A stretch of 64,000 nt of DNA from Raillietiella orientalis (taxonomy: Eukaryota), in contig JAYWIR010000009.1 in the NCBI GenBank assembly GCA_036172245.1, positions 3,472,001-3,536,000 on the forward strand. Direction: 5' to 3'. The translations under genes and the position numbers were made by a program. Within the stretch, counting starts at the first letter, position 1, and every line of letters begins with the position of its first letter. The notes beneath the pieces were generated by a model, which was not told the DNA's origin, searched no databases, and saw only the letters and a program-made list of their open reading frames with translations. Below are positions 47,501 to 58,740 of the stretch, one piece after another.

Positions 47501-50500
47501 ACCACCTGCGAGGAAGAATGGTGTCGGAGGCGTCGGGAGGAGAACGGCGGAGGGAGTCCCGGACTCCGGGAGCAGCAAACAGCAATGCGCGTCAACCGAG
47601 TGTGCCGGCTCGCGGGATGCTCCCTGCTCCCCAGAGTTCAGTTCGCGACGCAGAACGGGCAAACGGAGCGCGACAGCGGAAAATGGAGAACCCGCGCTTT
47701 CGCTTCGGCGCGCGGCGGACCTCAGGGAGCACAAGGACCCCTGGCCGGCGTCCCTCCACAGTTTCTCATGGTACAGTGATTCCTGTGCGGTGTGCACAAC
47801 TGTTCATTCCGGGAGGTGACCGAGCACCCCTCGAAAATTGGGCAGGAAGAACATCTCTTGCTGCAGCGCTGCCCTCCCTGAGGGAAGAGAAAGACGAATA
47901 GCCGAAAGGCAGCAGCCTTTAGGCTAGATGGGAGATCTTTGTGGAAATCTTCGTCAGGAGAAGAGGACTGGGTGAGTGGACGACCGACCAGCTCACAGAC
48001 GCTGCGACCCCGAGGGCCTCCCACACCAGGACTTCTGCGTTGGGGAGAGCTACTGGATATTCCGCTGGAAGATCCGAGTGGCTCCCGAACACTCACAATT
48101 TCCCTTTAAAGTAGCAAAGGTTGGCGCTGCTTCTGCTTCTGCACTGGGATCTCCCGTGCAATGCCTGCAGACATTGCTGGACACGGAAGTGGGGGTGGAC
48201 CCGAACTGTACGGGGAACGTGAATCTCTCCTCACCTGCTTGTGGACTGCTCTGCCCTCCGACCATTGCGGGAACCTTTCGCGACGTCCCCCCGTATCGCG
48301 AGTGGCAATCCCAGGGACGCTGTAAGACCCCACTTCGTGAGCGACGCCCTTCCTGTTGCCATCAGCATCGCTAGCAGCCCGCTGCTGCCTTCGTGGGATT
48401 GCAGCGACCTAGAGCCATGCAAGAGGAGGACCGGGTGATAGGGATGCACACCCCCTTTGCCATCCGCTTCATGAAGATGGCAACAGGATGGCCCCACCTG
48501 GCAAATATTCAGAGAGAACTTGCCAGCATCCAAGTAAGGATGCAGAGGGTCTCCCCTACCAGGACATGATCCCTTCCCGCACCTCTCTCAAAGTTTATTT
48601 ATTTATTTTTCTCTTCGTTTGCCTCCTCCCCCCTCTTTGCTGCCGGGACGAACCTCACCGTTCCGCGTACCGGTTGTCCGTGAGATGCACGTGGCTGGAC
48701 CGGTGGCCCGACCACGAAAATTGTGAAATTCTGTTCCATCCGAGAAACGCCCTAATGCACCCAGGGTGAAAACCCACAGTTTCTCCCGGAGATGCGTTTT
48801 CGGGAGACGAACGCGCGCAGAAAAGTTCGGTAAACTGGAACGACGTCCGAGTCCGAGCGCGCGCCCCCCACGAGCTCGCGTGTGCGCAAGGGGCTGCGGA
48901 ACACGAAGCACCTGCGCGCTCGTGCGCGGAAGAGTTTCCTCACCGAGAGCCGAAAGGAGGGACGTCGGCGGCAAGCAGTTTCCTGCGCCGAGCGTCGTCC
49001 GCAAAGATGGCGAACGCGAAGGACAAGCGCCAGAAAGCCACGTACCAACGAGATTCCCTCCTCCGCTCCCACCCGACTGCCAGGTCAGGGCAAGGAGAGA
49101 AAGAGAACCGGTGTTTCCCTCTGGAAGACGCGTTGGCTGCTCCCGGTTCACTGCCTGCGCCAGGAGCGCGCGCGGCGCCCTCCGCTCAGCTTAGCGGCCC
49201 TTCCGGAAGTGCCAGTCGAGAGCGAGCGCGAGCCAAGGTCTGCCATGGAGACGGATCACGGATGGGTGAGGGTCTATGGGTCCCCCGCCATGGACCCCTG
49301 ATTGATGATGCTTTCATCGAAGAAGCCGTTTGCCAGCGGCACCGTCAGTTGGCAGGCTCGGTGGAATCTTCCAGTCTACTGAACTTGTCAGCTTTGCCGA
49401 GCAGCTTTGCACCCAGATTATATCTTCGAGAGACTGCGATGGGATGCGATCATGACTTTCGGACAATAGATGGACTCGAAAACGAAACGGCAATCAGAAA
49501 CAATGCCCTATTGGTCCACAGTGTTCCATCAGTGCGTGCACAATCTTGCTGTTATCGCATTCAGTTTTACCAGACATGGCTGTTGACTCACGTAAAGAAA
49601 CGGACTTATCCAATCAGGACATGACCATCACTCGATCGGAAGCGTTTCCATGACACCTGGCATCGAATTTCCAGTGCTCTGCGAGAGCGAGCGAGGGGCG
49701 TGCTTTCCACTTACGAGACGCGCATGGACGTTCCGAACATTCTCGGGTGCCTCCAGAGTACGGTACATAAACATCGTCCTGTCAACACGGCAAGATGTGG
49801 CGACAAGATGTGGTTCATGATCCTCGCATCGTCCGCGTGCCGTTAGCCGATCCCAGAGCCCGCTGCCATCCTCGCCTTAGGCGACGACCATCGGAGGCGT
49901 TTCCCGGTCGGCAGAGCGCATGGACCAGCCACCCTTCCGATTTCGCTCCCTTTTGCGAAAAATCCTCCCCTCCATCCTTGGAATCTCCTCAGCGGTAAAT
50001 TGGATTGCCGAAACCGCGAACTCAATATTGATTGACGTACGCTGAGCACGTGAGTTTCATTACAACGCGGAGGGGGAACAGGCGTTCCCCCTCCCCGTCC
50101 TTTTTTCCCATACCGCGAGATTCGCAGATTGCCAATTCGCCACTCGCGTATCTGCAGGAAAGGGAGGGCATTCTCCATCCCCGCGAAAGGAGCGATGCGG
50201 GCTCCCCTAATCGCTCCGCACGACACGGCCGGTCACCGTCACCACGTGGAGGGATGAAAACCTCGGCCTCTTAAGAGAGCCCTTATCTTCACAGTCATCA
50301 GTTAGGTGCCTGTGGCCTGCCCGGGCGGACTCGGGTGGAGCGCTGCGTGCCGTCCGCCACCACGCGCCCGAGTGGAGCACGTGCTGGTGGTGCACTCGAG
50401 CGAACGCCGCAGGGTCTGGGGAGTGTGCTGCAAGGTCCCTGCGTGCAGTTCCTTCGAAAGCGTCACCAGCCGAAGAGGTCCTCTCATGTCAGCGTGGCGC

Positions 50501-53500
50501 AAGCCGTCCCGAGATGACTTCGATCCGTGGAGGAAGCCTAGATGGCGTTTCCTGGCCGTCCAGGCTCCCTCCCATCGACGACGAAGAAATCAAAACGGCC
50601 GACCGGAAGAGCTGCCGAGGCCAGTTTGCCGCCCAATGAAGGAGAACCCCTCTTCCGCGCGGATCCCAGCGAACCCTTCCCGAGGAATCTCCGACCCCTG
50701 CTTCCCCTCGGGTGGCGGAGCTCGGTGGTGGCGTCTCCCCTCTTCGGCACCGCTGGACGGTCGCAAGTGCCATTCAAAACAGTGTGCCAGGTGAGCGAAA
50801 GTCGAATTCTTCCCGCACCTGCCACCGGGTTGCCCCTCGACGCGGGTGGAAGCGTCTGGCCGCGGTCCTCCTGTATTCGGAAATTCTTTTCATGAGCGAC
50901 GGGTCGTTGCCCTTATAACCCTTCCCTTATCTTCCGATAGCTGCTTACTCTTGTTTTTTTCGCCTCTTTATTTGTTTCCTCCCTCCCTTGGCCTCTGTGC
51001 ACCTCCTTTGGCAGCTCTCGGGCAGTTTCGCGCTGTCCTCCCGTGGCTGCCCCACGCCGTTTCTATGTTCTCGAGTCGTAGAGGGCGATGAGCTCTCCGG
51101 CGTAATCGGACGTCAACCCGTTAGGGCCGAGGTTTCCTCGTCTCCTCGCGACAGGAAACGCCCGATTGATTTCAGTGTTGGGTTTCCTGATGAATTCGAG
51201 ACACCAGGAACTCCTTTCTTTCTTTGTATTTTTTTTTTTTTTTGTTCATTGGAGAGATCCTTTTCGAGAACGACCGCTTCCTGAGTCGAGCCGATGTTCG
51301 CGTGCCCTTTTTTTCGAGTCGGGCTCGCACCTCCACCGCCGGAAGGAAATAAATAAAAAAATTCGCGCTCTCTCTCGGGGAGCGCGTGTGTCTCGTGCCC
51401 CCCTCCATCCCGCGCCGAGGAAGGACGAATGTCCCTGCCGAGTCGGCTCGCCACCGCGCCCAAGAGTCCGTCGCCAGGAGGGAGGAAAGGAATGCCAGAG
51501 CTACTGGTGCCGCGAGGACACGCGGACCCCTCGTCGGCTCTGCAAGGGGACGGTTGCTTTGGTCGCGGATGGCGGCAAGGGCCAGGACGAGGCCTACGCC
51601 CAGGGATCTCGGAAAACGTCTGCCTAGCTCCCGGAAGGAGGAACTTGTGTCGTAGCAGAAAAGCTCGCTCATCTCGGATGCTGGACCAATGCTTGCCCGG
51701 AAAGAGGAGGAGGAAGCGAGCGAGATAACACCCGATCGTTGGAGCTCACCCCGATGGTGAGGGGACGAGATGGCACTTCGCTTCAGCAGAGGTTCTCGGG
51801 TCCGACGGACTGCCACCCGCCCTCGCGCCTATCCGAGAGTCCCGTGGTCCATCGCCCGCGCGCGGGAGGGAAGGACGGCGCGAAGGTTCTTTCCTGTACG
51901 ACGTTGGGCGGAAAGTCCGGCGTCCCCTGGAAGAAACGCATCCTCAGCTCCTGCGAACGGCTCAAGTCGCGGAAAATTCCTCTCCCCAGAGACTTCCTTC
52001 GGAGGAAGAGAGGATTACGGGAAATGGAGGGCGCCTGGAAAGAAGTGCGAACCAGGGACCGGAGATTTCCATTTTCGGGGGCGCGCTCACAGGGAAGGGA
52101 GCGGGTTCGCGCCACGGATCCATATCTGCGGGGGCAGGCACCGTGGGGATTTTGAACTTGGGAACCAATCAGGGATGCGGATGGGGAAGGGGGGGGTGAG
52201 CGGAGCATTGGAGCGGGATGGACCGGGAAACCGGGTGCGTCTTCTCTCGGGGGAAAGGATGCGCAGCCTTCTCTAGCAGCTTAGACGCTCCATTGGCGGG
52301 CGAATGGAGGGAGTCGACACGATTCGTGGTGACCTCAAGGAGCGAGCGGGAGGGGCAGCGACCGGGAAGCCGGAAGCGCGGTCGTGGCAGCCATCAGCAA
52401 GGGGAACGGAACTGTTGGCCGCGCGACTCCCTGGATCCAGACTTTTCAGCGGAGCTGGACAGGTGGCAGCAGCGGCGGGAAGCCTCAGAGGGCTGGACCT
52501 CGAGGATGGAAAGGGGCGGCAGGGAATCGACGCCAGAGCCAGCAGCCTCCCTTCGCCCCGTGGATAAGCCCTGTGCCTGCGGGAGGTTCCTGGAGTCGCG
52601 CAGCCGCACTCTTCTCGCGTCCCTTCGTCGGAAGGGGGCGCGCAGCCCCATTCTGGCTGGATCCTCGTCGCTCCAGCGTCGCACTCCGGAGAGTCCGATG
52701 AATCCGAGCCGTCTGCTCTTCCTGGAGCCGACGGGGAAGGCTGCCCTTCCGGGGAGACTCCCCCCGCGCTTTTCCCAGGACCGAGGAACGCGGCGTCCTT
52801 CCCTTGCGAGGCAAGGCCCTACGGCTCCGAGCGCGCGAGTGAAGGAGAGGGCCTCCGCCTGCCATGTTCCAGTGCCGGCAAGGAGGCGCAGGACAAGAAG
52901 GGCGGAGAACGTCTAGTTCTACCTCACCCTCCCCATTCCCCAACCCCTCGGTCTGTTCCTCAGAGGGCAGACGCCCAGGGAACTGCGCTTGTGAGCATTC
53001 CGGTGAGGACCCCACGCTCGGGGTTGCTTCGGCGACCGAATGGCGCATGGAACGGGCAACCCCGTCAACCCTTCCCCTGTCCTATTCCAGGTCGAGGATC
53101 GGAGCAGAGGCGGGGTGTTCTGAATGGATGAGCGACTGCCTGGATCGCTTTGCTTCTTTTCGAGAGAGGGTTGAGGACTATAGGGGTGTGGTGCGCACCC
53201 TCACCCTCCTCTTTGCTGCTTTCCCCATAAGACCCCGTCCCGATACGAGTGAGACTCCTCGTGACCTCTCTTCCCAGAGGGGGTGGAAGAGGGAGGGGAG
53301 CGAACCGAAAGGAACACTCGAAGCACTCACCGATCTGTCTCCTAGCGCCACCACGCGGCAGGCGAGGCTGACGTCTTCCCCGGCGGTCGCGTTCACCACG
53401 GAAGGCCACGAGTGCTCCAACTGAGGGCCGCCGGTATCCTCTTGGGGGCGTTCGGCCGGAGGAAAGGGCGCTCTTGAATCTGCCAAGGGGATGACATGGC

Positions 53501-53837
53501 TCTTTACAGATGTGGACTCGCTGGGGTGGCCCGCACGGTTGTGACCCTCCCGGGGGCGAGCCGGAAGAAACAGGTGAGAAAGACGTGGGCAGACCCCGGC
53601 CCCTTTGCAAGCATCTCCTCGCAGCTTCGCTGCTGCACCCGTGCTCCCCCACTCCCCTGCTCGGCTGCCTCCGTTAGACACCACCTTGCTGACCTCCCCT
53701 GCTCCCCGGTAGCAAAGATGCTCAAGACGCATACCGCTCGTTCCGGACTCCACCATCCTTTCCATCACGCTGTTCCGGGACCGCGGGCCGAGCGCGAACA
53801 CGGTAACCATGGAGGAGACGAGGATGCAGGCGTGCAT
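23374..53837 (-). CDS. dpr: Dpr-family two-Ig-domain cell-surface protein, join(53837-53735, 53479-53331, 40342-40132, 25993-25703, 23534-23374), 915 nt / 304 aa; the specific paralog cannot be assigned
   Basis: The exons join in frame with GT-AG junctions (phases 1,0,1,1). Ig1 reads VNATAGEDVSLACRVVALGDRS|VSWIRRRDLHILSNGVMTYTKDKRI...DWMLRIK...DSGTYECQVNT, matching the Dpr signature (CRV..LG..TVSWIR.RDLHIL..G..TYT.D.R...DW.L.I...D.G.YECQV). Ig2 ends VVVHVLD|GELPAA, like the Dpr VHVL.GE.PAA motif, and is followed by a hydrophobic C-terminus. Introns are 255, 12988, 14138 and 2168 nt. Confidence 0.92.
25703..25993 (-). CDS. dpr coding exon 4 (Ig2)
   Basis: Acceptor ctcccttcttccacag|AC and donor GACG|gtaggt. 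Encodes KSLTIAGPQEMYLYSGSDLKLSC...VLWYRD...DNGRYAC...VVVHVLD, with the Ig Cys-Trp-Cys pattern. Confidence 0.95.
26520..26630. repeat. Polypurine (GA-rich) tract
   Basis: Almost exclusively A and G. Confidence 0.9.
29260..30750. repeat. Large imperfect inverted repeat (foldback/MITE-like) enclosing an AT-rich low-complexity core
   Basis: Exact inverted anchor pairs: 29313-29322/30684-30693, 29370-29378/30622-30630, 29428-29440/30565-30577, 29581-29592/30337-30348. The core (29650-30240) consists of ATAT/ATAC/ATGC-type repeats. Confidence 0.85.
31720..32315 (+). mobile_element. L1/Tx1-type LINE subfamily 1, 3' end
   Basis: ORF 31751-32110 reads DPNCRRCKEHESLPRLLVVCVALRPLWERF...MPHLEPIRTDLDGILGRM. 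The 3' UTR is homologous to 1200-1406. Confidence 0.8.
33105..33822 (-). mobile_element. tRNA-derived SINE-like element
   Basis: B box (plus strand GGGATTCGAACCC near 33755-33767). Body and tail are collinear with 62411-63080. Confidence 0.7.
34200..34900 (+). mobile_element. Possible decayed non-LTR RT fragment (domains 3-6)
   Basis: GAPPIPLINA...RGSVRVRHG...KGDPLL is similar to the QGDPLS region. Weak. Confidence 0.35.
34975..35240. repeat. Polypyrimidine (CCT/CTT) tract
   Basis: Almost exclusively C and T. Confidence 0.9.
36800..37541 (-). mobile_element. tRNA-derived SINE-like element (best-preserved head)
   Basis: The minus-strand head GCCCGCGTCGGAGACTTTGTGGTTAAGGCTTCC...CGCGGGTTCGAATAC has A-box-like and B-box sequences with tRNA-like spacing. 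The body is made of degenerate TCCCTTCGGGGTTC(C/T)CT.. repeats, and the tail has TTCCTGGATTCATAG. Confidence 0.7.
37926..37985. repeat. 30-nt tandem duplication
   Basis: GCGCTAATCCCCGGAATCCGCGGTGCTGAT / GCGCTGATCCCTGGAATCCGCAGCTCTGAT. Confidence 0.85.
38200..38930 (-). mobile_element. Ty3/gypsy-type pol remnant (RT plus connection region)
   Basis: Ordered motifs: RHDPNPLP (D.YPLP), TLGLFE (GLFEF), ALRRLRSG...NKCHL (L.RLR..G....KC.F), RTVFPDAERIALPVRPL (RRFIP..A.IA.PL). No LTRs seen. Confidence 0.45.
39020..39305. repeat. Polypyrimidine (CCT/CTT) tract
   Basis: Almost exclusively C and T. Confidence 0.9.
40132..40342 (-). CDS. dpr coding exon 3 (remainder of Ig1)
   Basis: Acceptor tttttggtgcacccag|GTT and donor CAAA|gtaagc. 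Encodes VSWIRRRDLHIL...DSGTYECQVNTNPKMGLYRVLNVQ. Confidence 0.96.
41021..41600 (+). mobile_element. tRNA-derived SINE-like element with a rearranged head
   Basis: CGCGGGTTCGAATCCC, then GACGCCGAGAA, CCATGGAGCT and the TTCCTGGATTCATAG tail, as in the other copies. Confidence 0.65.
47850..48772 (+). mobile_element. L1/Tx1-type LINE subfamily 1, 3' fragment
   Basis: Decayed EVGVDPNC...DCSALRPL...GNPRDAVR, followed by TGATCCCTTCCC, a T-rich UTR and a GGGTGAAAA end. Confidence 0.7.
53331..53479 (-). CDS. dpr coding exon 2 (N-terminal part of Ig1)
   Basis: Acceptor ccccttggcag|AT and donor TCG|gtgagt. Encodes ...PQLEHSWPSVVNATAGEDVSLACRVVALGDRS. Confidence 0.9.
53735..53837 (-). CDS. dpr coding exon 1 (putative signal peptide MHACILVSSMVTVFALG...)
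   Basis: ATG at 53837, hydrophobic N-terminus, and donor AGCG|gtatgc in phase 1, which matches the next acceptor. An in-frame acceptor with a long pyrimidine tract lies upstream (exon start 53879), so an additional upstream exon is possible. Confidence 0.6.
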
Positions 53838-55399
53838 GCCCGTTTCATCTTGGATACTGGACCGCGGGTTTCCCTGTACCTGCGCTTTATCTCCGGGAGG
53901 GAGGAAGAGGAGAAAAAAAAAAAGAGGAGGAGGAGGAGGAACGGGAATTCGTGTGGATTGCAAAGAAGTTTCCTGCGCTCCTCCGTGAACGGGAATCGGA
54001 TGGAGTCGGGAGGAAGTCAGACGGAGATGTTCCGGCCGATCCGTCCCATTCCGCAGGAAGGTCAAGGACGCAGCTTCCCCCCTGATGAAAAGATGCTAGT
54101 TCGATGCTCGCCGCCCGCTCTTCCTCCTGCCCAGTCGGTTTCTCCCTTCCGGAAGACCCTCGCGTCACATTCCGCGACGCCTTTGGGAAGACCGAAATTT
54201 CCCTGCGCTCCCGGCTTCCGGTCGCTCTTCCTCTTGAGGGAAAACCACGGAGAATGCGCGCGAGACGACGACGGGAGAGCCCGAAAGAGGCAGCGTCCAC
54301 TTGCCTCGGGAAAAAATCTTGAAAGTAGATTTCAAAGTATTCTTTGATTTATACTAAACCCCAAATGTTTTTTATGATAATCATTTCCACAGAGATCCCG
54401 GCGTCCCGGTTGCCGATGGTTTTGGGGAGCAGCGGGTTTCCTGGACTCTCTGGAAACGCTAACACACAGACGTTTTAGGCAGAAGATTAACAGCGCAGCG
54501 GGATGGCCGTAGGTCCTGACTCCGTTCCGAGGGTTGGCTGATTGGAAGCCTCTAGCCGCCTCCTGTAGCTCACCGTCAGTTCTGTTGACCTGGACAGCAA
54601 ATGAGAGGTCAACTCATGGAGTGTCTTGCGGGCGTCTCCAAGCAACGCCGTTTCTCGCATGCGTTTCTTTTCTGCCGCACGCCGCACCACACCGACGCAC
54701 GTGGACATTCGCCCCAGCACTCTCCCACGAAGGTTCCTTACGATCCTGGAAAACGTGCTTTCCTTTGAACTCCTCACTCCTTGGTCGGATGAGTCCTCGA
54801 GAATCCTCTGCTGCTTTCGCCCCCCCCCCCTTCGCGGCCGGAGGGCATACGTGACGTGAGAGTGGTTGCCTTTCTCTGCTTCCGGAGTCAGCTGCGAATC
54901 TGCTCCTCGGATAGAGTCTATGGCGACTGGGGAGAGTCCACTTGCCGCAGTGGCTCCCTTGACTCGCCGTCGTCGGCTCATAATGTGCTCCCTGAGCTCC
55001 TTGACCTGAATCACGGGCTTTTAATGCCTCAGTGGTCGAGCTCTCTTGAACTGGGTCACCGTTTGCCATCTCTGTCGTTTTCATCTCTCAGGTCAGCCAA
55101 GCTCCAGGGAGCGACCGGAACCACTCGCGGTTGAGATCGTCGGCGCCATCGGATCTAGGGATTGGGTGCTCCTGAAAGCCATCGGAAAATCCCTCTCTGG
55201 ACATCGGAGGCGAGTTGTTCCGGGACGTCAGCCACCTCAGAAACCACCACCCTACGCTTTCTCCAGGAACCAGCAAACCAGAGGGTCCCCTAGAATTTTC
55301 ACGGCGGGGAGCCATGAAGCCGAACTGCCCTCCCGGAGACGCCGGGAATTCAAGAGCGACCCCTGAGCAGGACTCTTCAGCCTCCAGGGCTGAACGCGG

Positions 55400-55870
55400 T
55401 TCCCTGGAAAGACACACTCACGAAGCAAGAGGTTTCTTACCTCAATCGGTACGAGCCGACTTCAGAAGGAAGCTGGATGAGAGGATGTCCCACTTTCTGG
55501 ACCAAAAACTGTTGCAAAGAACTTGCTCGCTGATTTCAAGAGGAGCGGCACTCTCGCACTAGGAGGGCGGACAGATAGAGAGGGAGTCCATTTTGGACAC
55601 AGAAATAAGGCGAAGGGCAGCTCGGCTCTTCCTGGATGACAGCGTGAGCGCTGACGGTGTACTGCACACTGAGGGTGTTAGTCACCGTTCGAAGGGATGC
55701 AGCGAACCAGTTCCCGGCTGCACTTTAAGTGCAGGGAGCGGAGGAGAGTCCGTCCCCACCTCAACTACCGCACATCTGCTTCATAAGAACAGCAGTGGGA
55801 AGCCATCCCTGCCGATCTTGGCTCCTGCACTATCGCAGGAGCCGGGACCACATCCCTGGAGGGATTGGAA
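55400..55870 (-). mobile_element. Possible decayed non-LTR RT fragment (domains 0-2)
   Basis: GRDGFPLLF and LRLISVSKMD occur in the order expected for PG.DGFP..F and RPISL...D. Weak. Confidence 0.3.
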
Positions 55871-55879
55871 TGCGCACTA

Positions 55880-57040
55880 GTTGATGGATGAAGTCGCTCC
55901 TCATTCTCGGGCGAAAAGAGCGAACTTTCGAGCGCGCACCCCGAAGAACTTGTGGTCCCTCCGTATGCGAACCCTGCGGAGTTCCCTTCGGGATAGAAAG
56001 AGGACGTGCTGCTGTTCCCGCGCCAGGGACTCCAGTGCAATCAACTCAGGCACCAGGTTTCCGGGGAAGTCGCATCCACGAGCTGTTCCAGGACTGAACT
56101 GCTGTTCTGGACTGCGGTGCTCTCCAGGAGCAGTGACAGAGGCTGGCTTCAGCGCTCCTGCAACCAGGGAGACACCGCCGAGGACTTGATGTGGCGATTG
56201 TTCACGCGCGGCGGACTCCCGGTTGGCGCCGCGATAGCGACGCTTGAGTTGCCTCCGCGCCACCATCGCAGCCCTCCGCGTGTTGGAGTTTCGGGAGCAG
56301 CGGAGTGACGTCACCAGCATGGCAGCCGCCTGCGTGAAGGCGACTGCCGGGTGGTTGGTCTCACCTGCAAGAAGGAGAAGCCTGCAGCCAGCGCCGCTTC
56401 TGGAAAGAAGGAGCGAAGACCCCTATTCCCCTGCTCCCTCTTATTCCTTCATTTGCGTCCCCTCTCACCCATTCGGTACTTCTCGCTGTTTACGAAGAGG
56501 GAGCGGGCGATGCCAAGGGCTCTTGTTCCTGCCATCCTGTCTTTTTATTTCGTTCTTTGCCATCTCTCTCATCCCGTCCCGGATTCTGGGGTGGCCTCCC
56601 TGCGAAAGCGCATCCCTCCCTTCGAACTTCCTCCTCCGTTGCCCGCCGGGAGCTTCGTTCCCAACTGGTTTCCCAATGAACTCCCTGGAGCTGCGGGAAG
56701 GAAAGCTCCGGGGACTGCGAGTGTCGCTCGCTCGCTCGCCCGGGAATTTTCCCTCCGCGGTCCCCGCAGTGTCGAGGATTCTTGGGGCCATCCTCCCGTC
56801 GTCCGGGAAACGAAGAGTCGGCGACGAGGAGCGCGGCTGGTCGCCAGGATCACGCGGCCTGCTTTCACTCCCCCGAAGTCCGGATGGTGCCGCTGTGCTC
56901 TGCCGTAGCCCCGAGAGCGGACCTTCGCCCCCTCTTGCGGCTCTTCCCGGAGTCTCGATCGTTCCCAACTTGTTTCGTTCGTTAATGAACGATCTCCCGG
57001 ACCGACCGGGTGGAAAATCTTCTCTCCTCGAAAGCGCAGC
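55880..57040 (+). mobile_element. LINE subfamily 2, 3' part, with two UTR ends (TTCCCAAC...AATGAAC near 56660 and near 56965)
   Basis: TGTTGGAGTTTCGGGAGCAG is shared with 7411-7430, and there is a WSHL...LLERR C-terminal motif. Ends in the hairpin CCCGG-ACCGA-CCGGG (56996-57010). Confidence 0.7.
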
Positions 57041-57184
57041 AGGCCACTGGCCCGGATGTTCCCTTCGAAGAGGGGATGAGGAAGTGTGCAGTGAACCGTC
57101 GGCCTTCCGTCTCGCTCTCGTGTCCAGAAATGGACGCTCCCTTTTCCCCTTCCTCCTCGAAGGGAAAGTCCGAGCCAGAGTTCG

Positions 57185-58740
57185 TCTGCACTCTTGAGGA
57201 GCAAAGATTTTTCACTCAGTCACGCCGGGCTGTTTCTTGAAGAGATGAACAAACCTGTTGGGAACCACCAAGCTGCCAAAGAGTAACAACAATAAGTTCA
57301 AAGAACCGACCTGAGCCAACACGCAGGTCGGTCTCTCCACTAATCCGGAACGGGTGGGAGAGGATAAAAGTTGAGAAAAAAAAGAAAAGAATGAATGGAG
57401 GGCAGGACAAGGGTCTTTGGATTTTCCCGTCCCTTTTCAAACAACGGGAAAAGTCCGTCAGGGGAGGGAAGGCACAGTCACTAGATAAACATAAGGGGAA
57501 GAGTCAGGACAGGGATCACCCGTTTCGGCCGTTCGTTCCGCTAAAATCTGCTGGATCTCCCGCTCGGCTTCCCCTTCCAGGTGAGGGCACCTGGCAGTTG
57601 TCCTTGTGTGGGCAGCCGCCATGCAGGTAGCCTCCCTTCGCAGCCCTTTCTTCCTCAAGAAGTGGCGGGCCGTGATGACAGGCGGTCGGGGGCAACCTGT
57701 CGAGAGTCCGCCCCGCGAGCGAAGAACCGCCGCGGCAGGTCAAGGACGGTGTCCTCCTGTTGCTGAAGCACCAAAGCTGAGCCTCCGCTACGGTCCGCCG
57801 AGGTCAGCGCAGTCGAAAGACGGGTGCGGGGTCGACTCCGCCGACCCTCATCTGGAACCAGCAGTTCAGGGAGGCAACTTCCCCGGAGGCGAGGCTCAGG
57901 AACGGATTGCACTGGAAGCCCCAGTGCAGAAATAGCAGCACAACCTGCCCCCAGCTTGAGGGAAACGCAGAAGTGTTCGAACACGAAGGGGGACAACGAG
58001 TTAGTCTGGGGGGAATGGTGCACCCAACAGCTTGGAGCATCGGCGTGTTCCCTTCGCTCTTGTACGAGGAGTGACGACGTCCACCAGCTCGCTTGGAGGG
58101 TTTGGTCACTCCCGCAGTGACGCAGAAGTGCTCCCATCTCGCCTGTAGGCAGCTGCGGTCTCTTGTCCTTAGGGCAGGCAGCGCTGCGGGAAGACATGTG
58201 GCGGCCAGGGTCAAAAACTCCCTCGAGTCCTGCACTACCACTGCCAAAGGATGGCTGAGGAAGAGATGCAGTGGGACGAAGTTTCACCGGGAGCATTCCT
58301 TGGAACTCAGCCTCCGAGACACAACCGCCTCCTGCCGCCAAGTAGTAGAGTTCGGAGGAGAGTCGAGAGATCCATTGAGGGGTTTCCATAAGGGAGGCGA
58401 GTTGCCTCAGGAAGAAGTCAAATCTCCCGCTATGGTATTGGGATCTCATCAGCAACGGCAATCCGCTGCCAATCGCATCGCTGGGAGGCGACGCGTGCAG
58501 ACGCGCACACCACGGGGAAGCCACCGTTTGCCGCGAAGGGCCGACACACGGAGCTGTGCCTCCAGCCTGATTCTCTCCAGCATCGGGATGCCTAAGCCAG
58601 CATCCCGACGTGGCCTTAAGAAGAGCTGGGATAGGCGGCTGCAGGGAGTTCGTCACTGTGCTCCAATGACGGCACGTGTCGGCAGCCGAGGTGGGGACGA
58701 CTCGTATGAGGCCACACTTCCCGCACCTATCCCTAGTCTC
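57185..58740 (-). mobile_element. LINE subfamily 2, ~1.5-kb 3' fragment
   Basis: Homologous to 6030-6313 plus 7200-7760. Zinc module NC.SR*GSAESTPHPSFDC, then PHLEGEAEREIQQILAER, and terminal GCCCGGCGTGACTGAGTGAAAAA. Confidence 0.8.

Noticed and set aside
54340..54360. TATAAAT on the minus strand as the dpr promoter
   Set aside because: No supporting initiator or canonical first-exon donor could be identified, so it cannot be supported from sequence alone.
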